From Octopus vulgaris (taxonomy: Eukaryota), in contig OX597816.1 of the NCBI GenBank assembly GCA_951406725.2, positions 96,162,001-96,226,000 on the forward strand: a stretch of 64,000 nucleotides of DNA, written 5' to 3'. The notes beneath the pieces were generated by a model. The model saw nothing but the letters and a program-made list of their open reading frames with translations, was not told where the DNA came from and made no database searches. The position numbers were made by a program, and so were the translations under genes. Of the stretch, positions 50,891-64,000 are shown piece after piece (position 1 is the stretch's first letter; every line of letters begins with the position of its first letter).

Positions 50891-53800
50891 ACTTCGGCAG
50901 CTCCGTGACGCCGATAATGGATAATTTTGTCTATTAACTCTTTCATTTTCCTTTTCTTCATTTAATTTGCTATTTTACTAAGAAAGGATTTTGTTGTAGC
51001 TTGGAAGATATTGTTTCACCTTACCATTTTTGGCTGTTTTATGTTCTCCGATTGAAATATTGAAATTCCACACGTTACTGTTGCATTAAGAAATGTCTTG
51101 CCTTCACGGAACCGCTATATGAACGGACGATATACGCATAGTCGCTGCTTAACTACTGCTGCAAGATAAAGGCGAAGGTGACCTCAAATTGACAAAAGAG
51201 TTGTTCCCTAAGAGGCTGAAAGATACTGGAGTGGAAATACGTATTGTCGTTCTATGGAAAAGAGTTATCCTGTATTTTGCAAGAATTGTATGAATCAGAC
51301 AAGTAACAAATAGTATACAAAAGGAATATAATTTGGTGTGCCTCCAAGCCAGTGGCCTCTTAGTGAGAATCAAGAGATCCCTCATAACTAGAATTGCCTT
51401 CGCTTAAAACACAAATCTGTGTTCTCCGGTTGGCACACACTGAGTGTAGGCCATCCACGCTGCCATCAATACCATGTTTGGACACCTTTCTACAGGTTCC
51501 TCCCTTTTCATCTTCAGCGTCATCGCCCTGTGCAATTAAAAAAAATTAAATGAAGGATTGGCTGAAGACGAAATTGTCGGTCTTCAGTAAATAATATTAT
51601 TCACTAAAGTTACCAGATAAGTGGAAACGCCCTGTCTTCCGACAGAATTCCACAACGCAGCAAAAATTAGACAATTATATGTAAAGATCAGTTTCGGTAT
51701 TCTGTGTGCATCTTAGACACTACCAGGATGATGATATTTTTGTACCACATACCGTTATTAATCCAGTGGTAGGTCAAAGGTAGAGATTTCTTTATGTTGT
51801 CAGTAATTCTAAGGTTGAAAGTTTTCTAGAGTAGACTTGAATTTTATACTTCGATACAAATTACGCAAATTATTCCCGAGAAATCGTCAGTATTTTCCAT
51901 CACAAAATGATGCAACACTGAATACATTCCTCTAGCGGCAGAGAATTGAGATCACCTGGCAACGTTCAGTAATTTCACGTCTCCTGCTTATGCCAACATG
52001 GCTTATTTGTCTCCCACATGATATCTCGTATCGGCAATATCGGCGCTATTGCCAGAACGAGGTGCCCCTCACAAGTTTAGCTTTCGCAGGAAAGATTATA
52101 AAGCAAAAACTTATAGTGGTCAAGCGAGAATTCACCCCTAACAGTCTTAATGTGTGATTCGAAACGCGGTCATTTACTTTGGCTAGATCTTCACCAACCT
52201 GTGTCACTATACGTCTGTTTTGGCGGAGTTTGTCGTAGATAGATGAGTTAAGAATCATACAGTACATTACAAACCTGAGAACACTGCCGATGACAAGAGC
52301 CAACCTCTTTGCAAACACCAAAGTCTTCAACTCAGCTGTCACGAAGTTTTGAGGCTGGAATAGCCACTCCGCTTCCTTGGCTAATACAGTTCAGAATGTT
52401 CGCAGATTGTTACCAATTGCGATATAAAACCCTCAAATTAGAGTCGAAAGAATCTTGTACATGCCCATAAAAGTCATGTGGTGACCATCTAAACCAGTAC
52501 ACGACATTCAGAACACCAGTCACATCTTTTTATTGGGTTTTTGCCGCACGTCTTCTTTTCTACTGTGCGCAACATTACGATCTCGAGACAAGCACCATTA
52601 TCACCAGATATATTAAAATGCCACCAGAAAAAGAACTCGTCTATAGAAATTTTAGGTATGTTTTATTTTGTTCATTGGATTCAGATCATAAAACTCAATA
52701 TGTATCATGGGTATCATATATTACAACAAATAGGTTGCTCAAAGTTTCAAAGTATTTCCAATTGTTTTAGTGTAAATGTAATGATATGAAGTAAATGATA
52801 TAGTCCCTCTCAATATACGGCTGCCTTTAACTCTAAGAGCACAAAGAAAAGTGTTAAAATTGTATGCAAAAATTAGTTTTAAATTTTGGTACAGGACCAA
52901 CAGTTTTTGAGGTGTGGGAGAATTCATTTCAGAATGCAAAGACAGACGAAATGCCGCTAAGCATTTTGACCGGTGTAATAATTGTTCTGCTAGATCACCG
53001 ACTTATTGTGTGCAAATAACACCTGAAAACTAAAGTAATATAGATAAGCATATACGAATTGTTTGTAGTGCGTTCGAATATTCAAACACAGTAGGATGAG
53101 AAATATCTAAAATTCTGAATAACAAATTTTATGAAGAAGACAACCGACATCGATTCTGGGTGTTGTGGTGTTGTGTCCAATTTCCGGATGTCGTGGCGAA
53201 AACCTGATTTGGATGGTTACATAGTTACATAAATGTATATTCAGCCTACACCAACACTACTAATTTCGAATTTACCTGCACCGTACATTGATTGACATAG
53301 AGATACCCTTCATATATATATTCTATGCACTGTAATATATCAATCTGAACAAGAATATAAAGCGTTTGTTTTCGGGGATAATTATATGTAAGCTATGTCG
53401 ATGTCAGGTTACAAGATGAAGCGAATGACAGATGAGTGTACAATAGAACAGATACATATTTAAAAGTTACTAAATGTTATTGTATATTAAGACGAACAGG
53501 AAATTACTCATCTCTCTTCAAGTAAAGTAATGTTTATAGCTAGTTTAAGATGTAAATATTTTAGTGGTAATTTCATAGCATAATTTATGTTTGTCTAACG
53601 GTATTTAGCTTCGTACTTTAAACTCATTAGAAATATTTAAGTCATAGTTATTTCGATTGCTGACACTTGGCATAAACGCTACCCAATTTTTATTTTTTGT
53701 ACTTAGAATTCATATTTTATTTTATGATGCCCAGGTATTATTTTATGCATCATTATCTATATTTCTATAACTCATTTATGAATAACTATACAAATAGTTT

Positions 53801-55383
53801 CCTGGTTTTCATTAACAGAAAAGTACTGAAATAGACATTTTGTGATAAACAACTGTTATTAACAATAAGAACCATTTTAAGATACATTAGTTTGATAAAA
53901 ATTGTATGTATGTGTATATTTATCCTGCACAAAAATTGTTGTTATATATGTTAATAGTACTACCAATTATTTGCGATGGTACATTCACGGTAGGCAAGAA
54001 ATCTTACATTTACTTAAATGACAACATAATCTCATTTACTACATTGCTCGCGAGGTCTAAAATCCGCTACATACCTGTAAAACCCGAGTATCGAAACTTA
54101 TTTACTTGCCGATTTGTGTTGTCTGCATACAACACAAATGCTTCCATATCAGCAAACATTAAAATTCCTTGTTCAACCATGACACTTCTGAAACACTCCA
54201 TTTCTTAATTCGCTCTCACCTCTTTACCATCATCTAACAATTATAAGAACTGACCACCTTAGGGACTAGATTTCACACAAAAGGTATGTCATATCAGATA
54301 TAATAACAATAGTAAATTGAAACAGTTAATTCAATAATAAATATATTACTTGACTAGATTGATGCTTTCCTTTTCTTTTACTTCAAACATGTTTGCACAT
54401 GGATTAAGTTCTGAGAAAATTTAGTACATTGCTTACAAATGCGTTTTTATCAATTTGATAGTAATACCTCTGTCTCCCTGCCTTTCAATTAATATATTAA
54501 TCCAATTAATCACGTACTCATATGTTTAAATGCATATGTGCATAGGTGTGTGTGTATGTGTGCACGCGCGCACGTTTTGCCTGCGCGAATCCCCACGATA
54601 AATGTTAGAACTACTCGTTTTAACTTTAATCACTTGTGGATGAATATTTTTTGCCGTATTGCCGGAAATATCAAACACATGTCCTTCCGCACGCACACGC
54701 ACACGAGGACATATACACACACAAACACACACACACACACACATACACACACACATACACACACATACACATACACACACATACGGTCACATAATATGTA
54801 TGCATAGAATCTGTCTCATGATTGGATCATCAATTAAGCCAGTAACCCTACTAAGCCTGCTTGATAATGAGAGTCGTTTCCTTTGAGCACCTTGCATGAC
54901 GAAAAGCAGAATAAGTCAAAGAGCAGATGAATTCTGTGGAGTAAACAGCAATCCAGCAACTAGGAGTGAAAACACCCTACTTCTTGTTGACAAATCTCAC
55001 AAGGAAAAAGAAAACTCTGGTGCAACATCTGCGACATTATTTCATCCAATAATATAGAGTAATTCTTTTGGGATAAATGCATGCGCTATTTAGAGAATAG
55101 CATCTGCCATATGAAAGACCTTCCTTCTCCTCGAAATTCTTCAAGCACAGACATCTAGTTGTGTTTAGCGTAGTTTGAGCGATCAATGCGCAACAATGCA
55201 ACACACTCATGAAAAATTCCATGCTTCACTGAAGGAATGGGTCGCCATGAATGATTGCTACAAAAGACGCCGATCGTAGCCACGCAGATTCAAATGTGTG
55301 GAGGTCACTAGCAAGCAAGCAGAATTGAAAAGCTACCTTCACATGCACACGTTTAAGAGAACAATCAAATAATGATGTTATAT

Positions 55384-55440
<57 letters not shown>

Positions 55441-55861
55441 TATATATATATACGAACACTTGTGTATGCGTATGTGCGTATGCTTTTGCTTATCTCTGTG
55501 TGTGTATACATATATATATGTATATATATATATTCATATATATATATATACACGCACACACGCACGCACGCACATATACTAAAAATTAATATAAAGAGCC
55601 TGGCAGAATGTGATACATAAAGGAAAAATTCAATCACCACTGACTGTGACTAAGGGTGCAGAAGCACCTACATTGCTATAAATAACAGTTAAAATACTCT
55701 TCTTGGTAAAGAGCAGAATTGCATACATTTGGACTATACCGTAGCCATCACATTAGCGACTGTTCGAACGGAACGGCTGATGGTCGACTCATTCCGTCTG
55801 CCAGCATACACATATTTATCATGAAAATTTATGGATTATTTAGCGAAACTATAATGCGTAT

Positions 55862-55905
<44 letters not shown>

Positions 55906-56469
55906 TCATAGAATACACTTAGTAGTGCTCAAGAAGTTTAAACTTGAGCGGGTAGAAAAATAAAGTGTAAGGATAAGCAAGTGAGGCAGGTCAATATACG
56001 AAGTATGTTAAATACATAAAATACAAAAAAAAATGTATGTACGCTTACAAACAATAAGGTCTGGCTAACAGAATAGAAATGATATCAAGAATTAAAGAGG
56101 CTGAAGAAAAGTATTACTAGTTCAACAGCTGTTTCTGAGGACTCGGTGGCCCAGAATAATGCTTGTAGATTGATCCCATCGTAGGCTGAGATGAACCTCC
56201 GTCTTAAGCGAGGAGATTTTACATTTGAGGTTTTTTGACAGAAAGAAGTTCGAAGATAAAAGGATTTTGTGGAGAGCTAAGTGTATTACAGGGTGGAAAT
56301 GGGGAGGTATTCAAATAGAGAAGAGTGAGAGGAGAAAATAAATTTCAAGGATTAGGCTTAATAAGGAGGTTAGAAGGGAGTTATAATAGTAGATGGGCAG
56401 AGTAGTAGGAAGAGGGGAGGATGGTTTAGGTAGTATCTTCAGTCTCGTACCTGGTCCCAGCATGGCATC

Positions 56470-57140
56470 ACAAAGAAAACAAAAGTTGTTGTGTACCGTT
56501 TGTATGTATTGACATCGCTTCTTTACTCATGTCAGACATGGACCCTTTACAAACGTAATGTAAGGGTCCTTGAACACTTCCATCAGAGATGTCTGAGAAT
56601 ATTTTGAATGCAGGCTGGACCTTGAAAACTCCAGACACACAGGTACTGCGGACAGCTGCTATCTTGAGTACAAGCACCAGTTACGTTGGACTGGACACCT
56701 TATTAGAATGAAGGATGGCAGAATCCCTAAACAGATGATATATGGGGAACTTGTTTATGAAAAGAGACCCCCAGCAGAAACTAAGGCAGCGATTTAAGGA
56801 CTGTGTCAAGTCCTCATATGTGATATGCAGGAGACTGACTGGGAGAGCAATGCCTGTCATCGACACGGAAAGAGGAAGCAGGATAAGGAGGGGGGTCAAC
56901 ACCTTAGACAGAGCACGCATTCTGCACGAAGAATTTAAGCATGCCACATGAAAGCGCACTGCTAGTGTAGTGAATGGAAAAAGCTTGGTTTGCAATGCTT
57001 GCAGTCGTGTATGCTTGTCAAGAGCAGGGCTCATTAAACACCAACGCAGCCACAAATGCAAAATATGAGTTAGTCCTAGAGTGCACAATGTTCCTGAAGG
57101 TCAGCAATAATCTTCCTTAGTCACGAATGGACGGCCATGA
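56470..57140 (+). mobile_element. RTE-clade LINE 3' fragment (pseudogene)
   Basis: QLRWTGHLIRMKDGRIPKQMIYGELV..RQRFKDCVKSS, and a terminal CNACSRVCLSRAGLIKHQRSH C2H2 motif. Confidence 0.88.
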
Positions 57141-57169
57141 TGTGTGTGTGCGTGTGTGTGATTATATAT

Positions 57170-57370
57170 AAAGTAGAAGAAATAGCTAAGATTTTTGGCT
57201 GCTATTTCTAAACTTCGGTATGTGGTAAAGCAAATCTTTACTGAACCCTAATTATTAAGTATTACTTAATTTTACCGTGAAATGGTCCTTTTTTCATGCC
57301 GAATTCTACTTGGTGAAATTATTGATTACTTCTTGATTGATTAATTAATTATATTTACATACCTTTGTTA
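57170..57370 (+). repeat. Diverged family P2 terminal repeat
   Basis: GCTGCTATTTCTAAA..TTAAGTATTACTTAATTTT..CATGCCGAATTCTACT parallels 23520-23705. Confidence 0.7.
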
Positions 57371-57371
57371 T

Positions 57372-57469
<98 letters not shown>

Positions 57470-58416
57470 TTTATGTACCATACTTGATGTATATGTCTTG
57501 TGTATTTGTCGAGGGATAAAATTCTTTATGGACATATAGTGTTTAAATTTACAATAAATGTCAAGAATTGAAAATTCGCCCAAGCAGCAGGTGGCAAAAC
57601 GCCTGATTCATTTTGGCTAAACTGAACTGGTCCAATGGTGTGTGCTCGCAGTTAATCTCTTACCTAGACTAGATTGGTCACCTCTGATATACAAAAATGT
57701 GTAAAATTTTCACTAATGTTATGAATAACAACCCGGCTATTCATAAAACGAACGAAGGAAAATCTGATGTGTGCAACTGAAGCAGTATTAAATTCATATA
57801 CTCTAATAATGTTCTATACTTAATCTATATATAGTGTTCAAAGGTTGGTTACTGCGATATTCATACAGAGATAACATATTTACGGTTTCCTGTATTGAAA
57901 GTGACGATTTCCTCTAAGCAGGTGGCCTTTCACGAGTACATGGTATTGATAAGTTTAAACTTCCTCTCCTTTCGACATATTGTTTTTAAATACAGTACAT
58001 CCATAAAAGAATGAATACTGCAATAATTTACTTCTCAACAATACATATACATTAATTATGGATACACAGATTATTATATGTGAACTAAAATCTAAAAATA
58101 TTAAGGGTGATTGTTTCGTAAAATAGTTTGTGAATTAAAATATTAGAGTATAGCTAGAGTAAAGATATTTTATAGTTTGTTAATGTTTATTCTTAAAGCT
58201 AAATTATATTTTCACAGATTAATACATTTTTTAAAAATCTATCTACTCTATTTTTTTTACCTTAAGTTTTTAACATGATAAAAGGATTATAGACACCTGG
58301 TCCTACTATTTTAAGTTTCAAATTTAGTTAATAAGAACAATCATGATTCTATTTCTTAAAGAAATATTATTTAATTCTCTTTGATTATTTATTTAACTAT
58401 TATTGTTATTATTGTT

Positions 58417-58517
58417 GACTTGAGGAGTGACTATACTTTTGAATTGAATTATTTTTCAATTAAATTTCAACTTAATTTAATTCGAATTTAAATTATAACC
58501 ATGAAACGTACGTAGTC
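58417..58517 (+). ncRNA. Degenerate hammerhead motif (C3 to T)
   Basis: GAC-TTGAGGA-GTGACTATA..TATAACCAT-GAAA-C-GTAC-GTA-GTC. Confidence 0.55.
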
Positions 58518-60584
58518 TTTTTACTTATTATATATTGTTTATTCAGTTTTGTAATTTTGTAATCTAGTTATATGTTTTAAAATATATTTTATTTTTATTT
58601 ATGATTTGGTTTATATCTATCATTGTTTGAATTGCATAATAGTCGTTTTTCTCTAATATATATATATATATATATATATTCAACATGTTTCAGCTTTAAA
58701 GCTGCGGTGGTGCAGGGGCACCAACAGCACATACATATAAATAATAACACCCACCTCCCACTGAACACTAACAAAATGAACTTCAATCAGTTCATTTCGA
58801 GGATGACCAAATAAATAAACTCTGATGAAGTTACACTGATAATATTGCGAGGTTGCATTCGCAACAGTGAGTAATTGCTGCAACGGAATCACGTGTAGGT
58901 CATTATAATATAGTGTATATAGCTATACACTCCAGACAATTTTTAATGTCCAGAGAAGAGAATATGAACTTACCCATCGGAAAGATTCACGAAGTGACTA
59001 ACGACTAAATGTAGTCACAGACATTAGATACTGATCGTTGTGGTTAGCCGTTAACTGGAACTTAACTGAGAGTAAATACGGTATCTCCCCCCCCCCCCCC
59101 CAGATAATATATCTCTCCAGACTCATGCACACACACACACACTCACTCACACACACGCACTTAGACTTGAGTGGGTGTGTATGCACAGCTCAACCAACAC
59201 ACACCAGCACAACTAGATATTTACAAACACTGGTACCTCTGTTGGCTTGAAAAATGTTGTCACCTTCTTAGGAAAGGAAATTATACTTTCCTTCGATTAA
59301 CACCGTAAAGATAAAACACTATTTGAGGCTTATGTGACATTTTAATGAAGAAAAGAATATCTCTGTGCATCTACCACAATCCGAATGTGTGGTCATTTAT
59401 GAACCTTGTTGAAATTGAAGTTCTTCAGGAAAATAGAGTGTCGGCTATCCATAAAGAAAAAAAATTCTGTAATATTACAAACTGTTGAATACCTAATGCC
59501 GCGAAACATGCAATGCTCCTGCAACTTAATATACCTTTTTTTTAAAAAAATAGTATCAAGTGGTCTAAGGGATTATAGAAAAATCAGTCTAAAACGACCA
59601 ATTTCTCAATTAACTGTGCTAGTAAAAGATCGATAATGATACATCAGAGGAATTACAAATGACTCGAAATGATAATTAAATTTAAGGCTTTATGTTAAAC
59701 GAAATCCACTAACCATTCTTAATTATTACTCTATGCAACGGATTTTTAAATATGAAAGTATTACACGCAATATCATTGAAGCTTTTTGAATACAAAATAT
59801 CAAGGACTTCTCATAAAACAGTAATGTGAGAAATCCCTTTAGAACATAAAATAAATATTTAATCATTTTAAAAATCTTTTAGTCAAATACGGGAGAAATT
59901 AATTCATCTCTCATTTAACTAGTTGATGGAAAGGTTTCCATAATAGCGACTCAAATAATAGTTATGGAATCATTAAATCTTCTTTAAAAAACTAAACAAG
60001 CGGGTAGTTGACAGAAAAAAAAACAATGGAAAAAGGAATAAAATATTTCGAGAATCATTAACGAACAAGTCTCATATGAAGTTTACGGCATAGATTGACG
60101 TAATATTTCACTGAGAAGTTTTGATCGCCACTCACTAAACACATACGGACATACATACATACATACATACATACATACATACATACATACATACATAAAT
60201 ACATACATACATAAATACATACAGACATACATACATACCTACATACATATACATGCATACATACAGACATACATACATACATATACACATGAATACATAT
60301 AGACATACACGCAGCCTTGGATCTTGGTTAGAAACTGGCTCTTTATTGGCAAGAAATCTTGAAATAAAACTGAACAATGATATACATACATATGTACGTA
60401 CAAACATAGATACATACATGCATGCGTACATACATACATGTACAAACATATGAATAGATATGAATGTATATAAAAAGCTACAAGTCTATATAATCTCACA
60501 TTGTGTGTGTGTGCGTGTGACAGTGTGTGTGTGTATCTGCATGCACGTTCATACGTATGGATATAACTTCTCACTCTGTGCGTG

Positions 60585-60655
<71 letters not shown>

Positions 60656-60874
60656 CATATATATATATACATATATATACACCTACACACAACCCAAAAC
60701 GCCTAAAATTCCAGAAAAAATTAATTGAAACTCGCATTGTCGACCTGCAGGGAAGTACCATCCGATATTCTGTAAGATTCTTGAGATTTGAGGAGACTTG
60801 TCACCAAACCTCAAGATAAATACCTGCGAACTAAAATTAGCTTGCACAAACGCAATAATAAATAGTCTTAATAC

Positions 60875-61082
60875 TCCTTTCTACTACAGACACAAGGCCT
60901 TAAATTCGGGGGAGGGGGTTAGTCGATTAAATTGACCCCAGTGCGCTACTGATAATTATTTAATCGATCCCAAAATGATGAAAAACAAAGTCGACCTCGG
61001 CGGAACTTGAACTGAAGACATGAAGGCCGAAAGGATGCTATCCATTTCGCCCGGTGTGCTAACTATTCTGCCAGCTCGCCAC
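60875..61082 (-). mobile_element. Family M SINE (tail B); a second fragment lies at 61195-61318
   Basis: CCTTTCTACTACAGACACAAGGCC..AAAGTCGACCTCGGCGGAA..TTCTGCCAGCTCGCC. Confidence 0.82.
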
Positions 61083-61329
61083 ATTTGATAGTAATAATAG
61101 TAATAATAATAACGATGATGATGATACTAATAATAACAAAAATAACAACAATAATGATGATGATGCTGATGATGATGATGATGATGATGATAATGGTTTC
61201 TAATTTTGCCATAAGTTCAGCGATTTGGGGGCGAAAGGGATGAGTCAATTACATCGACCTCAATGTTTCAATGGTACTTATTTCATCGACCCCGAAAGGA
61301 TGAAAGGTAAAGTCGACGGAGTAATAATA

Positions 61330-62405
61330 ATAATGTGACGAAGAACTGGAAAAGATGGAGAAATATTACTAAAAGACAAAATTGCAAGAATGTGGACAAT
61401 GAGAAGAGTGTCTGTCATCCAAGTAACTGTAGGGACACTCGGAGCACTAACAACCAAGTTTGAGAAAAATGTCAGAGAAATCAGAATTGACATGAGAACA
61501 GAGCAAGCCCCGAAACTGTTCTACTGGGGACAACTCAGATTTTGAGATCGGTACCTGGGTGTTCAATGTCTTCCACGATAATTACCAACCGATTATCAAA
61601 ACTTATAAAGTGCGTAAAGAGACTCTGTGTGACCTCTGACAACAAGCTGCTGTCCACTCTCACAGAATCCACTCCACCCACCAGAAATAACCAATAACAC
61701 GCATTGAAGAAAATATAAGTAACTGCAGAATATGGAGTGATGGAGTAGAAAAACAAATCATACTGTTTCTGGTTACCCGATCTTGCCGAAGAAAGAATAC
61801 GTCCATAGACATGACAGAATTAGGACTTGTATACTCTGAAAGCAGTGCCAGCACTAACGAATGACAACAGGTAAACGCTGGTAAGGTTTCAGAAAATGAC
61901 AAAGCACCTACACTGTGGGATATGTCAATACAGAGAGAGAGCGAGAGAGAGAGGGAGAGAGAGAGAGAGAGATAGTGAGTGAGTGAAAAAGAGAGATCAA
62001 AACTAAAAGCCAGATATTGCTGCCAGTGACCACCAAGCGAAGAGAAAGTCCTTTCTAAACGGCTCATCCGTCCCAACAGATGACAGTGTATCTTTAAAAA
62101 ACGGAGAAACTCTCTAAGATTAAAGACCTAGAAATAGAGAAAACTTGATGACATGAAGACATATATCATTCTTATAATAATAGGTGCATTTGACATGGTT
62201 AAAAAACATACAGACAAATATACCAAAACTTACGAATATATATAACATACAGAAAATAGTACTGGTAGGCACTGTGAACATTCTACATAAAACACTGCCA
62301 GTACAGTAAGAATAACAACACGAAGAAACAAACCACATAACATATCTAAAGCACATAGACCTGCGCTCGTTGGCACAGTGAAAGCACGTAATAAAAATAT
62401 AAGTA
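61330..62405 (+). mobile_element. Two degenerate R4/Dong-type LINE 3' fragments
   Basis: KIARMWTMRRVSVIQVTVGTLGALTTKFEK (61380-61470), then KEYVHRHDRI and ENDKAPTLWDMSI (61790-61930). Ends at (AAT)n 62409-62478. Confidence 0.72.
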
Positions 62406-62478
<73 letters not shown>

Positions 62479-62479
62479 T

Positions 62480-63400
62480 ATTTGTCTGAATATAATAATA
62501 ATATAAATCTTCCATTTCTCCAAAGTCAACAATAGTTAAAAGAACCAGAAGGCTATTGAAAATACATAATCCACACCAGCGTAGAAGTAACATCGACAGT
62601 CTCTACGTACCAAAACAAAAAAAAGTAAAGCAGAGGATCTGTTTAACGCAGTAAACATCACCAGTATTGTGATATTGGTTTATAAAAATTCTGAGCTTTG
62701 TGAGGAAAGAATATTATCTTAGACCATAAATATTCAAAATGTTACTGAAAGAAGAAAATTAAATAACAGAAAGTAGAACAAAAGAAATGGGAGTCTGATT
62801 GATGCAACAAACCGAGGATGTTGAAAATAACGAACGTTGGCTGACAGATGGTACCCTGAAACGAGAAATTCGAACGCTAATCATAGTCGGTCTGTAACAA
62901 AACATTAGACCGAAATTCATAAAGACAAAGATGCATATAAGACCATCTGTGGAATCTGTGGAAAAGTTAACCAAAATATTAACTAAGTCCTTGGTGAATA
63001 CTGTAAACTAGTATTAAAAAATGTATAAGCACAGACATAACCGTCGGTATTAGGATAATAGCTAAGTTCGTGAATTGAAAATGATGGAAAATTATTATGA
63101 ATACAAGCCAGAGACAGTGATAGTAAATGACTGATAATTACAGGATTTCATAGGGTTACTTTTTAGAGGCTGACCAAACTATGGTAAAAAGAAGCATATA
63201 ATTGTAGAGACGAAGATGAAAAGCAGTTTACGATTTTAGATTTTGCAATTTTAGATAGAGTGAACATGAATGAAATTGAGGTAAGTGAGAAATACTCGGG
63301 TATTATCAGGATGGCAATGGTGAATACTTTTCCAACAGTAATTTGTGCATTTGACAAAGTTTGAAATGAGATATGTCAAGTATCAAGAGTCAAGAGTAAG
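62480..63400 (+). mobile_element. Very degenerate R4/Dong-type LINE fragment
   Basis: SNIDSLYVP (~62590), WLTDGTLKREIRTLII (~62840), YYEYKPETVIVND (~63100). Confidence 0.6.
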
Positions 63401-64000
63401 TATCATAGTCAATATTACTGGCTGAGATGTTTCCTTGAATATATTGTGACAAGAGCCTATGGACAGGTTTACGGTGCACCAAATCGATTTGTTGCTTCAG
63501 CTCACCCGAAGCCTTGAACGCCAAACATATGCATCCATATGTCATACTTCGGATGAAATAAACCACATAATTCCACATATCAGTCTATGCTTTCTTTGAC
63601 TGCACATTTTAATCTATGGTTAAAATTCCCAGACATTTAAGTAGCAGCTTTGGGTATGTAACATTCTGGCATGCTTTAATTATTTATTCATTCATTCATT
63701 CATTCAATTATTTATTATATTGTGGAGAGCTGACCCAGGTTCAGGATATATTTTCGGATTGCAACATAGTGAAAGATTTGCTGTATTTTACTCCTTCTGT
63801 TGTTGTTGCTTCTTATTTATAAAATTGTCCATTTTTTCTGCGTAGTGAAAATGCTTGAGTGTCGTAGATAATTTTTATTTGTTATTCTTTTTCGAAAACA
63901 AAATATTTTTATTTACCATATTTTCGTAAACATCTTCGAAATTTTTGCGTAGGTGTATGCATCTGCCTTTGCAGCCAGCACCTCCTTCCACTCCATAGTT

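Noticed and set aside
56115-56215. Minus-strand GAAACAGCTGT hammerhead half-motif
   Set aside because: The CTGANGA box is only matched by CTTAAGA and stem I is not evident. Probably a decayed PLE end, too degenerate to call.
63390-63578. 62 aa ORF faintly like a LINE RT C-terminus (RSMTYGC..LKQQIDLVHRK)
   Set aside because: Too short and weak to assign without a homology search.

Overview
AT-rich, repeat-dominated eukaryotic DNA. The microsatellite load and SINE families point to a coleoid cephalopod, most likely Octopus (inference). I found no convincing host protein-coding exon, rRNA, true tRNA or CRISPR array, and most listed ORFs are microsatellite artefacts, so this reads as a large intron or intergenic region. 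Identifiable elements: an internally deleted Tc1/mariner element with TIRs; Penelope-like element (PLE) fragments (RT thumb, GIY-YIG endonuclease, terminal repeats); RTE, L1/Tx1 and R4/Dong-type LINE fragments; Helitron-like ends; and several tRNA-derived SINE families. Most notable observations: (1) about eight PLE-type hammerhead ribozyme motifs from several unrelated repeat families, two with intact cores; (2) long fold-back repeats (87 and 110 bp arms), one with its breakpoint inside a hammerhead core; (3) a Meta-domain SINE with two alternative tails, where tail A matches the 3' end of a Tx1-like LINE in this window and is always followed by GGTATTT from the SINE's own head, suggesting self-targeted insertion; (4) R4/Dong fragments stacked within (TAA)n-type microsatellites. 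Everything was read by eye, so boundaries of degenerate copies are approximate.
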